Made by a program: the position numbers and the translations under genes
Shown: in pieces, positions 26,511 through 36,422 of the stretch
Numbering within the stretch: the stretch's first letter is position 1
How the letters are laid out: each line of letters starts with the position of its first letter
The notes under the pieces: model-generated
The model's input: only the letters and a program-made list of their open reading frames with translations
Told to the model about the DNA's origin: nothing
Database searches by the model: none
From: Verrucomicrobiota bacterium
GTDB taxonomy: Bacteria; Verrucomicrobiota; Verrucomicrobiia; Limisphaerales; UBA1096
NCBI GenBank assembly: GCA_030747575.1
Contig: JASLKI010000258.1
Span: 1 to 40,840, forward strand
DNA length: 40,840 bases
Direction: 5' to 3'

Positions 26511-28295
26511 ATGAGTGACTCGAAAAAAGCAACTAAGCGGCTTCGCAGCGAGGAGTGGTTCAATAACCCGGCGCATCCGGATGGGACGGTTATTTACATC
26601 GAGAGGTTCCTGAATTACGGCATCACGCCGGAGGAGTTGCGTGCTGGCAAGCCGATCATCGGCATCGCCCAGGTAGGGAGTGACATCACTCCGTGCAACC
26701 GTGGGCACATCGAGACGGCTGAGCGCGTCAAGGCCGGTATTCGAGATTCCGGCGGCATTCCGTTTGTATTTCCGGTACATCCGATTCAGGAGAGTTGCCG
26801 CCGACCTGCCGCCGCGCTCGATCGAAACCTCGCCTATTTGGGGCTAGTCGAGGTGCTGCACGGCTATCCGTTCGACGGCGTGGTGCTGACAACCGGTTGC
26901 GACAAGACCACGCCGGCTTGCCTCATGGCGTCGGCGACGATGAACCTGCCGGCGATCGTACAGTCCGGCGGCCCGATGCTCGACGGCTGGCACAACGGCG
27001 AGTTGGCCGGCTCCGGTACGATGATCTGGGAGGGGCGCAAGCAGGTGGCCGAGGGTAAAATCACCTTCGAGGAATTGCTCGACCAAGTGGCCGCCTCGTC
27101 GCCCAGCGTCGGCCACTGTAACACGATGGGAACAGCGCTCTCGATGAATTCACTCGCCGAGGCGTTAGGTATGTCGTTGCCGGGTTGTGCGGTGATCCCG
27201 GCGGCGTATAGAGAGCGCGGCCAGATGGCGTACCGCACCGGCAAACGGATTGTGGATATGGTTCATGAAGATTTAACGCCGAGCAAAGTGATGACACGCG
27301 AGGCGTTTGAGAATGCCGTCGTCGTCAACACAGCCATCGGCGGTTCCACGAACTGCCCCGTTCACCTAACAGCGATCGCGCGGCACTTGGGCCTTGAGTT
27401 GAGCCTGCAGGATTGGCAAGACATAGGCTACGACGTGCCGTTGCTCGTCAACTGCCAGCCAGCCGGCAAGTACCTTGGTGAGGCCTTCCATCGTGCGGGT
27501 GGAATCCCGGGCGTTATTCGCGAGTTGCTCGGCGCCGGGCGGATTCACGGCGACGCGTTGACCGTGAGCGGCAATACGGTGGCCGAAAACCAGTTGAATG
27601 TGCCGGAACCGGATCGTGAGGTGATTTACGCCTACAAAAAACCGATGAAAGAGAAGGCCGGCTTTTTGGTGTTGAGCGGCAACTTGTTTGATGCGGCGCT
27701 GATCAAGACCTGTGTCGTCAGCGACGAGTTCCGGGCGCGGTATTTGGCCGAGCCGGGGAATGAAAATGTGTTCACTTCGCGTGTGATTGTGTTTGAGGGA
27801 CCGGAGGATTATCGCGAGCGCCTCAACGATCCGTCGCTGGAAATCGACGACTCTTGCATGCTGGTGATTCGCGGCTGCGGGCCGATAGGTTATCCCGGCT
27901 CCGGCGAAGTGGTGAATATGCAGCCGCCGGACAGGCTTTTGAAACAGGGAATTCAAACGCTGCCGACGATGGGCGACGGTAGGCAAAGCGGCACCTCGGC
28001 TAGCCCTAGTATTTTGAATATTTCTCCCGAGTCGGCTGTGGGCGGGAACTTGGCCTTGCTCGAGACCGGCGACGAGGTGCGGGTGGATCTAAACGAGTGC
28101 CGGGTCGAATTGCTGGTCTCGAACGAGGCCATGGCCAAGCGGGGTGAAAATTATTCGCCGCCGGAGCTGCGGCAGCAGACGCCTTGGCAGGAGATGTACC
28201 GGGGCTGCGTCGGCCAGCTCGACACCGGCGCGTGCATCGAGTTCGCTACCAAATACCGCGATGTCGCTGGTGATTATCCGCGTCATTATCATTGA
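26511..28295 (+). CDS. IlvD/Edd family dehydratase (sugar-acid dehydratase type)
   Basis: RSEEWFNNP, GKPIIGIAQVGSDITPCN, TGCDKTTPA and GRQSGTS motifs. ATG at 26511. It diverges from the SDR gene. Confidence 0.88.
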   Translation: MSDSKKATKRLRSEEWFNNPAHPDGTVIYIERFLNYGITPEELRAGKPIIGIAQVGSDITPCNRGHIETAERVKAGIRDSGGIPFVFPVHPIQESCRRPAAALDRNLAYLGLVEVLHGYPFDGVVLTTGCDKTTPACLMASATMNLPAIVQSGGPMLDGWHNGELAGSGTMIWEGRKQVAEGKITFEELLDQVAASSPSVGHCNTMGTALSMNSLAEALGMSLPGCAVIPAAYRERGQMAYRTGKRIVDMVHEDLTPSKVMTREAFENAVVVNTAIGGSTNCPVHLTAIARHLGLELSLQDWQDIGYDVPLLVNCQPAGKYLGEAFHRAGGIPGVIRELLGAGRIHGDALTVSGNTVAENQLNVPEPDREVIYAYKKPMKEKAGFLVLSGNLFDAALIKTCVVSDEFRARYLAEPGNENVFTSRVIVFEGPEDYRERLNDPSLEIDDSCMLVIRGCGPIGYPGSGEVVNMQPPDRLLKQGIQTLPTMGDGRQSGTSASPSILNISPESAVGGNLALLETGDEVRVDLNECRVELLVSNEAMAKRGENYSPPELRQQTPWQEMYRGCVGQLDTGACIEFATKYRDVAGDYPRHYH

Positions 28296-28347
28296 GTTGA
28301 GCGATCGGGATTGAGTTGTCGTCCGCGTGACGGTAGCTTGCGCGGCC

Positions 28348-29100
28348 ATGAGCGAAGGAGACTCAAATACAACACAACGACCGGACGGCCGCGCGGTGGA
28401 TCAACTCCGTACGGTTAATTTCAAAAACAATATTGCACCGTATGCCACCGGCTCGACGCTGATTGAGTGGGGCGACACCCGCGTTATTTGCAGCGCGACC
28501 GTCGAGGAATCGGTTCCGCGCTGGATGAAGATGCAAAACGTCGAGGGCGGCTGGCTTACCGCCGAGTACTCAATGCTGCCATACTCGACGCTCGACCGCA
28601 AACGGCGCGATATCAGCAAGGGGAAAATCGACGGGCGCTCACAGGAAATCCAGCGTCTCATCGGCCGCTCGATGCGGGCTGCCGTGGACATGGTCAAGCT
28701 CGGCTCGCGCACGATTTGGATCGACTGCGATGTGCTCCAAGCCGATGGCGGCACGCGCACGGCGTCAATCACCGGCGGTTACGTGGCGCTGTCGCTGGCC
28801 TTTGTCAAGCTGCAGTCGGAGGGGTTGCTGGAGTGCGACCCGATCATTTCCCCGGTCGCCGCGGTGAGTGTCGGCGTGGTGGGCGGCGTGCCGGTTTTGG
28901 ATTTACCGTACGTCGAGGATGTCGCTGCCGAGGTGGACATGAACCTCGTGATGAACGCCAACGGTGAGTTCATCGAGTTGCAGGGCACTGGCGAGAAAAA
29001 CAGCTTCACCGAAGCCGAGCTGAGCACCATGCTGTCACACGGACGCAAAGGGGTGACTGAGCTGCTGGAGTTCCAGAAAGCGGCGATCGCCGAGGGCTGA
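28348..29100 (+). CDS. rph: Ribonuclease PH
   Basis: RPDGRAVDQLR, GSTLIEWGDTRVICSA and CDVLQADGGTRTASITG. ATG at 28348 (the tracked 28327 start is GTG). Confidence 0.92.
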   Translation: MSEGDSNTTQRPDGRAVDQLRTVNFKNNIAPYATGSTLIEWGDTRVICSATVEESVPRWMKMQNVEGGWLTAEYSMLPYSTLDRKRRDISKGKIDGRSQEIQRLIGRSMRAAVDMVKLGSRTIWIDCDVLQADGGTRTASITGGYVALSLAFVKLQSEGLLECDPIISPVAAVSVGVVGGVPVLDLPYVEDVAAEVDMNLVMNANGEFIELQGTGEKNSFTEAELSTMLSHGRKGVTELLEFQKAAIAEG

Positions 29101-29114
29101 AACAGCGGCGCATC

Positions 29115-29759
29115 ATGTACGTCAGGGAACGGCCGACACGCCTGCATCTCGTTCGCCACGGCGAAGTCGATGAGGTGTACCATCAGGTTTTCGGTGGCAG
29201 TATTGACATGGAACTGTCGGCGACTGGGCACGAGCAGGCCAAGAGCTTGGCGAAGTTTTTGCAGTGCCGCAACTTCGACCACATTTACCGAAGCCCGATG
29301 GTTCGGGTGCGGCAGACGGCCAAGCCGCTGCTCGATGGGCTTGGCCGGGAGGCCAAGGTGATTGACGAATTGCGCGAAGTCGATTTTGGCGTTTGGACTG
29401 GCCACAAGTGGCACGAGATACAGGAAAAATTCGGCGTCGATGCCGAGGACTGGCTTGTGCATTTGGAGAACGGAGACGTTGCAGAAGCCGAGCCAATGGA
29501 CGACTACCGGTCACGCATTCGCGGCAGTCTGGAGCAAATGATGGGCGAAGGGGCGGGACAGGACGTGCTTGTGCTTTGCCACGGCGGCGTGATCCGGATG
29601 CTGTTGGCCCTGCTGCTCGAAGAGCCGTTTTCTAAAATGGACCGCTTCGAGGTCGACTTCGCCAGCCTTAGCGTCATCGAGCACCGCTCGAACCGTACAG
29701 AAATCAAGTTGCACAACTTCGCCCCTTGGCTGTGGATGGGAGAGAGTGAAGAGGCGTAG
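29115..29759 (+). CDS. Histidine phosphatase family protein (phosphoglycerate mutase-like)
   Basis: LHLVRHGEV (RHG motif) and LVLCHGGVIR. 214 aa. Confidence 0.8.
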   Translation: MYVRERPTRLHLVRHGEVDEVYHQVFGGSIDMELSATGHEQAKSLAKFLQCRNFDHIYRSPMVRVRQTAKPLLDGLGREAKVIDELREVDFGVWTGHKWHEIQEKFGVDAEDWLVHLENGDVAEAEPMDDYRSRIRGSLEQMMGEGAGQDVLVLCHGGVIRMLLALLLEEPFSKMDRFEVDFASLSVIEHRSNRTEIKLHNFAPWLWMGESEEA

Positions 29760-30337
29760 AAAATATCTTGTTCAAGCGAATGATGAGCGTGACTCTGATG
29801 TGTTGCTTTTTGGGTAAGTGCGAGGTGAAGACCTGAACATTAACGCCCAAGTATGCGGTGAATGACCGTCATCGGCCGCTTGAGTTGCATTCCAAAACCC
29901 TGCAAACACTTCGTCAAGTCCAGGCGTTCGAGGAGCTAGATCTGACGAAAATGTTTGCGAGAGGGAGGTGTTTGATGTGGCTTGCGCTAATTTGATATTC
30001 GAATTTCAGGTTGCTGGAAAAGGCAAGTTGGTGTCATGGTTGCACTGGCTGGGCTGTTGGTTTTACCTGGGATTTGGGAGGAGCAGTTGCCGAAGTGGAG
30101 GCGGCTTTTTGAGGCTTGGGGATCGAACTAATTGCGGCGGAGCCGCTTGACGAGTGTTGTTCCGGGACGTTTCAATTTTCTTGCTGATTTTTTCGAACGC
30201 TTTCGCGTGGGAGGGGTCATAGTCTGTAACTGTTTGTTATGTGTTGTCTGATACATACTGGGGAGTGGATTGCGTCTAGTCAGCGTGGTTTGCCCGCTTT
30301 CTCCCCGACGGTTTCTTCCTTAAATCCATTAACCCTA

Positions 30338-30511
30338 ATGAAAAAAAACACCGATGTCGTTTCCGGCCTCGTGAGCGAGGAACATCCCTTTTATCAGGCG
30401 CAAACCCAGCCGGGTAAGGCGAAGCAGCACCGTTATGAGCGGCGGAAGATCCGGAATATTCTGAAGGTTGGGGATTGGGGGGAGGAAATCGAATACGAGG
30501 AGGCAGGCTGA
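30338..30511 (+). CDS. Possible small basic/acidic protein (57 aa), hypothetical
   Basis: Internal ATG of the tracked ORF 30239..30511 gives MKKNTDVVSGLVSEEHPFYQAQTQPGKAKQHRYERRKIRNILKVGDWGEEIEYEEAG. No obvious RBS and no recognised family. Confidence 0.25.
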   Translation: MKKNTDVVSGLVSEEHPFYQAQTQPGKAKQHRYERRKIRNILKVGDWGEEIEYEEAG

Positions 30512-30550
30512 CCGGGGGAGAAGCGGCTTTTTCGCACCCTCGCCGCGGCG

Positions 30551-31549
30551 TCAATTAGAGAGAAGCTCGTTGGCGTTTTTGTAGGTCGTGTCGAGTTGGT
30601 TTACGAGACTGTCGGTGATTTTCACTTCGGCTTCCCGCAGGGCAAGCATGGCGGCGCCGAGCACGGTTGGCAGTCGGGGTTGGCTGAGCATCACCTTGTG
30701 TTTGCTGCGGACGGTCGCCTCGAATGACTTCATCACCTCCCGGTTGAACTGGAGAACGCCACCGGAAAAAAAGAGCGGCAGCGGCGAGGCGTCCAGGCCG
30801 GATTTCTCGGCGGCTTGGAGGGTGAGGTTGCCGACGGCTTCGCCGGCCTCCCTGCAAATTTGCTGGTAAACCGGGTCGGTAGTGCCGATCTCCTTGTCCA
30901 GTCGGGCGGCAAGGATGGCAAATTTGTCGCGGGTGAATTCGGGATTGTAAATTACAGGGATCAATCCCTGCACGGTTTTGATTTCATGCCACTCGCAAAG
31001 GGCTGCTGTGATCGCGGTCTTGGGGCCGGTCTGCTCGAACTCCGAGATGGTGGCGCGAATGCATTTCAGCGCGATCCAGTAGGCGCTGCCGACATCATCG
31101 AGCAGCGGGCCCCATCCTCCCAGTTGTGTGAACTTCTTCTCCTTGTTGCGGGCGATGATGCTGGTGCCTGTCCCGCAAATGGCAAGCACGCCGGGCCGGC
31201 CCAGGGTTGCACCTTGAAACGCAGCGATGGAGTCGCCCACGAGGCGGGTGCGTTTCCAGGGGTAGATTTTGCCACAGAGCTTTTCTTTCTGGTCGACTGT
31301 GGCTTCGTTGAAGATGCCCGCGGCCGAGACGGCGTAATGGGTGAATTCGTTCGCGAAGGGCAGTTGTAGCTCGAGGTCTCGGAGGATTTCGTTGACCCGC
31401 CGCCGGACTTCCTTTTGGTAGGAGCCGGTGAAGTTCATCGACGCGGAGTGGACGACTGCGAGGACACGGCCGTCGTGCGTTGCGGCCACTCCGTGGCTGT
31501 AAGTGGCACCACCATCGATCCCAATGACTAGTTGCAAAGGAGACTCCAT
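30551..31549 (-). CDS. BadF/BadG/BcrA/BcrD-type ATPase (N-acetylglucosamine kinase-like)
   Basis: VIGIDGGATYSHG, AICGTGTSIIA and GGWGPLLDDVGSAYWIA. 332 aa. Confidence 0.8.
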   Translation of the reverse strand: MESPLQLVIGIDGGATYSHGVAATHDGRVLAVVHSASMNFTGSYQKEVRRRVNEILRDLELQLPFANEFTHYAVSAAGIFNEATVDQKEKLCGKIYPWKRTRLVGDSIAAFQGATLGRPGVLAICGTGTSIIARNKEKKFTQLGGWGPLLDDVGSAYWIALKCIRATISEFEQTGPKTAITAALCEWHEIKTVQGLIPVIYNPEFTRDKFAILAARLDKEIGTTDPVYQQICREAGEAVGNLTLQAAEKSGLDASPLPLFFSGGVLQFNREVMKSFEATVRSKHKVMLSQPRLPTVLGAAMLALREAEVKITDSLVNQLDTTYKNANELLSN

Positions 31550-31839
31550 GCGCTGGCCTGGCCAAGCGCCTGGCCAAGTTCGACTGCAGGGATAGTGGCG
31601 TAAATGGCCTCCGGAGGCAATCTGGACATGATCTCCCAGCTTTCGGAGCTCTTGGTTTACTGCCTCGCCCGGATAAAAAATGAATTAAGACTTGGCTGGT
31701 CGGCGAGCTTCGGGTAGCCATTTGCGCCCTTCTCGAGGTGGTTGGGGTTCGCCTGGAGATTTTTTGTCTGCTTTTACTTTGTTTTCAATGAGGATAAGCT
31801 GCCCCACTCATTGGGATTGAGTGCCCCTGAATTAAGACT

Positions 31840-33552
31840 GTGTCTGCACGAGACGACTATTTACTGGAAACACTGACCGAGATGGGAGTGGTGACGGACG
31901 AGGAACGCGCCCTCGCCGAGGATGAGTCCATGTCCAGTGGTGAGGGAGTTGTCGATACTCTCATCACCAAGGGTGTGCTCGTGGCGATCCAAGTGTCCCA
32001 GGCCAAGGCGGCGCAATTCGGCGCGGAGTTTGTGGAGATCGCTGAGCAGACGATTGAGGACGACGTGATCTCCTCGGTTCCCCGGTCCGTGGCGCACCAG
32101 TACAAGGTGGTGCCGTTGTATCATGACGACTTGAGTGTCACGGTTGCGATGTCCGACCCCTCCGACCTTGATGCGATCGACGCGCTTGGCCAGGCGCTCA
32201 ACAAGGAGGTGAAGATCAGTGTTGCCGATGAGGATGAGATTGAGGATGCCCTCAAGCAGTATTACGGGGTCGCCAAGGATGACAATGTAAGCAAACTGAT
32301 TCAGGACATCACCGAGGGGGACGTGCAGATCAGCACGATTGGGGAAGTGAGTGTGGAGGAAGATGGGGATGCCGTCGATGCGGACACACCGATCATCAAG
32401 CTGGTGAACACCATGATTGTGGAGGCGTTCCGTATGGGAGCGTCGGACATTCATCTCGAGCCATTGGCTGCGCGGTTTCGGATGCGTTACAGGATTGACG
32501 GGGTTTGCCATGAGCAGAAATCGCCGCCAAGGCGGTTGCAGGCCTCGGTGATCAGTCGTTTGAAGATTATGTCCGAGATGGACATTGCCGAAAAACGCGT
32601 TCCGCAGGACGGCCGTATTCAGGCCAACGTCGGCGGTAAATCGATTGACTTGCGTGTAAGTTGCCTCCCGACGACGCACGGCGAGAGCATCGTCATGCGA
32701 CTCTTGGATAAGGAGGGGCTGAAGCTTGGCCTTGGTCAGTTGGGTTTTTTGACTGATGACCAGCAGACATTTGAGAAGTTGATTCAGTTGCCTGACGGAA
32801 TTCTTCTGGTGACAGGCCCAACAGGCTCGGGGAAAACCACCACGCTGTACTCCTGCCTAAACTACATCAACAAGCCGGATCGAAAAATCATCACCGTGGA
32901 GGATCCGGTCGAGTATTTACTTGAGGGGATCAACCAGGTGCAGGTGAATACAGCGGTGGATCTGACTTTCGCCAACTCGCTCAGGGCGATGTTGCGCCAG
33001 GCGCCGAACGTGGTGATGCTGGGTGAGATTCGTGACTACGAGACAGCGTCCATCGCCATTAATGCTTCGTTGACCGGCCATTTGGTTTTCTCCACACTGC
33101 ACACAAACGATGCACCTTCTGCGGTGACACGATTGACGGATATCGGTGTGAAACCGTTCCTTATCGCCTCCGCCACGCGGTGTCTCATGGCGCAGCGCCT
33201 GGTTCGGAAGATTTGCCAAAAATGCGAGATGCCGGCTACACCTGAGAACAGTGATCTATTGGCACTTGGCCTTGATCTGGAGCAGATAAAGGATCCCAAT
33301 TTCAAGGCGGGGAAAGGCTGTGATAAGTGCAACGGCACCGGGCACAAGGGGAGGTTTGGCTTGTTTGAAGTATTCGTAGTGGATGATGAAAGTCGAAAGA
33401 TGATTGTGAACCAGGTTACGACCACAGAGTTGAGAAAGCGTGCCCGCGAAGTGGGTATGCGTACCCTTCGCGAGGATGGCGCCCGAAAGGCGGTTGCCGG
33501 CATGACCACAGCGAACGAAGTGTTGCGCGTCACAGTGGGTGACGAGGATTGA
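31840..33552 (+). CDS. pilB: Type IV pilus assembly / type II secretion ATPase (GspE/PilB family)
   Basis: GTG start. N-terminal T2SSE_N-like domain, Walker [35 protein letters not shown], and the tetracysteine motif CQKC...CDKC. Confidence 0.9.
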   Translation: MSARDDYLLETLTEMGVVTDEERALAEDESMSSGEGVVDTLITKGVLVAIQVSQAKAAQFGAEFVEIAEQTIEDDVISSVPRSVAHQYKVVPLYHDDLSVTVAMSDPSDLDAIDALGQALNKEVKISVADEDEIEDALKQYYGVAKDDNVSKLIQDITEGDVQISTIGEVSVEEDGDAVDADTPIIKLVNTMIVEAFRMGASDIHLEPLAARFRMRYRIDGVCHEQKSPPRRLQASVISRLKIMSEMDIAEKRVPQDGRIQANVGGKSIDLRVSCLPTTHGESIVMRLLDKEGLKLGLGQLGFLTDDQQTFEKLIQLPDGILLVTGPTGSGKTTTLYSCLNYINKPDRKIITVEDPVEYLLEGINQVQVNTAVDLTFANSLRAMLRQAPNVVMLGEIRDYETASIAINASLTGHLVFSTLHTNDAPSAVTRLTDIGVKPFLIASATRCLMAQRLVRKICQKCEMPATPENSDLLALGLDLEQIKDPNFKAGKGCDKCNGTGHKGRFGLFEVFVVDDESRKMIVNQVTTTELRKRAREVGMRTLREDGARKAVAGMTTANEVLRVTVGDED

Positions 33553-33571
33553 GCGGTTTTTTTAGATAGCA

Positions 33572-34687
33572 ATGTCATATTCAATGTCAGACTTGTTGCA
33601 CCTTGTGGTGAAGGAGGGCGCTTCCGATCTCCACATTCGGGTGGGCGTGCCGCCTGCGATCCGCTTGAACGGTGTATTGCAGAAGGTGGATGGCCCTGCT
33701 GTCACGGAAGAAATATCCGAGGAGTTGATGCGTTCTATCACATCTGATGAGAATGTTCAGGCGGTGCGTGAACGTGGTGGTGCTGACTTTGCTTTTGCGT
33801 TTGGAGAGATGGCTCGCTTCCGGGTGGCGATTTTCAAGGAGAAAGGAAGGTTTGCATCCGTGTTGCGCCAGATTCCGACAACTCTGCTGACTTTCGAGCA
33901 GATCGGGTTGCCGCCCTCGGTAAAAGAGTTGTTGTACAAACCTCGTGGCATGTGCCTTGTGACCGGCCCAACAGGGTCCGGGAAGAGCACAACACTGGCT
34001 TCGATGGTTGACATCATCAACATAGAACGGGACGACGCCCATATTGTCACCGTAGAAGATCCCATTGAGTTTTATCACAACCACAAGGCCGCTATTATCA
34101 CACAGCGCGAGGTGCACGTGGATGTGCCGAGTTTCGGCGAAGCTCTTCGGCGCGTCCTTAGACAGGATCCAGACATTATTCTGGTGGGTGAGATGCGGGA
34201 TTTGGAGACGATTGAGTCTGCCATCACTGCTGCGGAGACGGGTCACTTGGTGTTTGGCACCTTGCACACGACGGGGGCCGCCAAGACCATCGACCGTGTC
34301 GTGAACGCCTTTCCGACCAATCAGCAGAACACCATCCGCATCCAGCTTTCCACAGTATTAATTTCCGTGATTTCACAGTTGCTCTGTCCGCGCGCTGACA
34401 GGCCGGGTCGGGTGGCAATATTCGAGATCATGAACTTGACCCCGTCGATTTCCGCGCTGATTCGTGACAATAAAACCTACCGGATTAATTCCGATATTCA
34501 AACCGGCGCTAAATACGGCATGGTGACCTTGGATGGATTCCTGTTGGAGAAATATCAGGCCGGCTTGATTACCGAGGACGAGGTCATCACCAAGTCACAA
34601 GATCCATCGACCATCATGGAGAAGCTTCGGAGTGTGCAGGCAGGGATGGCGGCTGATGACGAGGAAGGGGAGGAAGGGGAGGTTTGA
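33572..34687 (+). CDS. pilT: Type IV pilus twitching motility (retraction) ATPase
   Basis: [43 protein letters not shown] and [14 protein letters not shown]. The start could be ATG at 33584 instead. Confidence 0.9.
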   Translation: MSYSMSDLLHLVVKEGASDLHIRVGVPPAIRLNGVLQKVDGPAVTEEISEELMRSITSDENVQAVRERGGADFAFAFGEMARFRVAIFKEKGRFASVLRQIPTTLLTFEQIGLPPSVKELLYKPRGMCLVTGPTGSGKSTTLASMVDIINIERDDAHIVTVEDPIEFYHNHKAAIITQREVHVDVPSFGEALRRVLRQDPDIILVGEMRDLETIESAITAAETGHLVFGTLHTTGAAKTIDRVVNAFPTNQQNTIRIQLSTVLISVISQLLCPRADRPGRVAIFEIMNLTPSISALIRDNKTYRINSDIQTGAKYGMVTLDGFLLEKYQAGLITEDEVITKSQDPSTIMEKLRSVQAGMAADDEEGEEGEV

Positions 34688-36405
34688 TGGCAGACTATTT
34701 GTCCATACCTCTTCTGTCTTTGATAGCGGAACTGAACCTATTGGACGAGTTCCAGGTAGAGGAGGCCGCCGGTGAAGTGGAAGCCAAGGGGGTAACCGCA
34801 TTTCAGGCCTTGTTGGACTTGGGTTATCTGGACTCCGACGCGATCATTCAGGCTTTGTGTGACCATCTCGGAGTGGAGTCGATGGATCTTAACGACGCCA
34901 TGATCACTCCGGAATTGATCAAACTCCTGCCGTCCGGATTAGCCAAGCAGCACAAGTGTATTCCGGTGTCCAATTTTGAGTCGACGTTGCAAGTGGCTTT
35001 TGTAGATCCGCTTGACCTCGCAGCGATCGATGAGATCATCTTTACTACCGGCTTGGAGATTCAGACGGTGGTGGCTGATCCCGCCCAGGTTATGGCTGCC
35101 GTCAAGGAGCACTACGGCGAGGACGAGGCGGATTCCGTGGCCGGAGGGGCTGCGTTTGAGGAGATTCTGAAGGAAATGGGTGTCGACTCCTTGGAGGAAA
35201 GCAAGGAGGAGGAGGACATAGTAAAAATAGACGTCTCGGGGGATGATCGGGATATCGCCGCCTTTGTGGATGCTGTCTTGATAACGGCTATTGGTGACCG
35301 CGCCAGCGATATTCACTTTGAGCCGTTCGAGAACGATTTCAAGATTCGGGCCCGAGTTGACGGAGCTCTTTACGAGTTGACTAGCCCGCCGAAAGGTCTG
35401 TCCAAAAATGTGGTCAGCCGCATCAAGGTTATGGCGGATCTAAAGCCGGACGAGACACGCCGGCCACAGGACGGACGCATTCCTCGCATAATGCCTGACG
35501 GCCGAAAGATCGACCTGCGTGTTTCCTGTTTGCCGACACAGTTCGGTGAGTCTGTTGTGTTGCGTGTGCTCGACCGCGAAGCCATCACGCTGGATCTGGA
35601 TGCTCTTGGTTTTCCGGATGACATGCTGACCAGGATCAAGGAAACCGCAAGAACTCCCAACGGGATTTTCATTGTTACGGGCCCGACGGGCTGTGGTAAA
35701 ACCACCACCCTGTATTCCACGCTTCACGAGGTGAATTCCATCGGCGACAAGATTCTATCAGTAGAGGATCCGGTCGAGTTCGACATCGATGGGATCATGC
35801 AGGTTCCTGTCAGTGAAGCCGTTGGGATGACGTTTGCCGCTGGTTTGCGGTCTTTTTTGCGGCAGGATCCAGATATTATAATGGTCGGAGAGATGCGCGA
35901 TCTCGAGACGGCGCAGATCTCCATCCAGGCATCGCTGACGGGTCACTTGGTTCTCAGTACCCTTCACACCAACGATGCTGCTGGGGCTGTTACTCGGCTT
36001 TTAGATATGGGTGTCGAGCCGTTCCTTATCTCATCATCCCTCTTGTGCGTGCTTGCTCAGCGCCTCATCCGGACCATCTGCAAAAAATGCAGCAGTCCGT
36101 TTGAGCCGACGGATAACCAACTTAAGCAACTTGGATTAAAGCAAAACGATTCAAACGACACCCAGTTTCATTACGGCCGGGGTTGCTCCCCCTGCCACGA
36201 CACCGGTTATTCTGGCCGACGGGGTATTTTTGAGTTTTTAGTCATTACCGAAGAGATTCGTGAGTTGATCAACGTAAGTGCGCCCACCATCGTCATTCGC
36301 CAAAAAGCCATGGAACTGGGCATGAGTACGCTGCGACAAGATGGCTTGCGCGGCATCTACGATGGTGATACGACCGTGGAAGAGGTGCTCCGTTACACAT
36401 CATAA
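34687..36405 (+). CDS. Second GspE/PilB-family secretion ATPase paralog
   Basis: ATG at 34687 overlaps the pilT stop (TGATG). Two N-terminal T2SSE_N-like segments, Walker [35 protein letters not shown], and CKKC...CSPC. Confidence 0.88.
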   Translation: MADYLSIPLLSLIAELNLLDEFQVEEAAGEVEAKGVTAFQALLDLGYLDSDAIIQALCDHLGVESMDLNDAMITPELIKLLPSGLAKQHKCIPVSNFESTLQVAFVDPLDLAAIDEIIFTTGLEIQTVVADPAQVMAAVKEHYGEDEADSVAGGAAFEEILKEMGVDSLEESKEEEDIVKIDVSGDDRDIAAFVDAVLITAIGDRASDIHFEPFENDFKIRARVDGALYELTSPPKGLSKNVVSRIKVMADLKPDETRRPQDGRIPRIMPDGRKIDLRVSCLPTQFGESVVLRVLDREAITLDLDALGFPDDMLTRIKETARTPNGIFIVTGPTGCGKTTTLYSTLHEVNSIGDKILSVEDPVEFDIDGIMQVPVSEAVGMTFAAGLRSFLRQDPDIIMVGEMRDLETAQISIQASLTGHLVLSTLHTNDAAGAVTRLLDMGVEPFLISSSLLCVLAQRLIRTICKKCSSPFEPTDNQLKQLGLKQNDSNDTQFHYGRGCSPCHDTGYSGRRGIFEFLVITEEIRELINVSAPTIVIRQKAMELGMSTLRQDGLRGIYDGDTTVEEVLRYTS

Positions 36406-36422
36406 GATATTAGGACTCATTT

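Noticed and set aside
28779-29462. 227-aa minus-strand ORF spanning the rph 3' end and the histidine phosphatase 5' end
   Set aside because: It crosses two well-supported plus-strand genes and their intergenic spacer, and no family is recognisable.
29968-30150. 60-aa plus-strand ORF in the long gap
   Set aside because: It is Gly/Trp/Cys/Phe-rich, has no RBS or family resemblance, and is barely above the length cut-off.
31861-34267. Minus-strand ORFs of 272, 182 and 226 aa inside pilB and pilT
   Set aside because: They are antisense shadows of ATPase genes with unambiguous Walker and Asp/His-box motifs.
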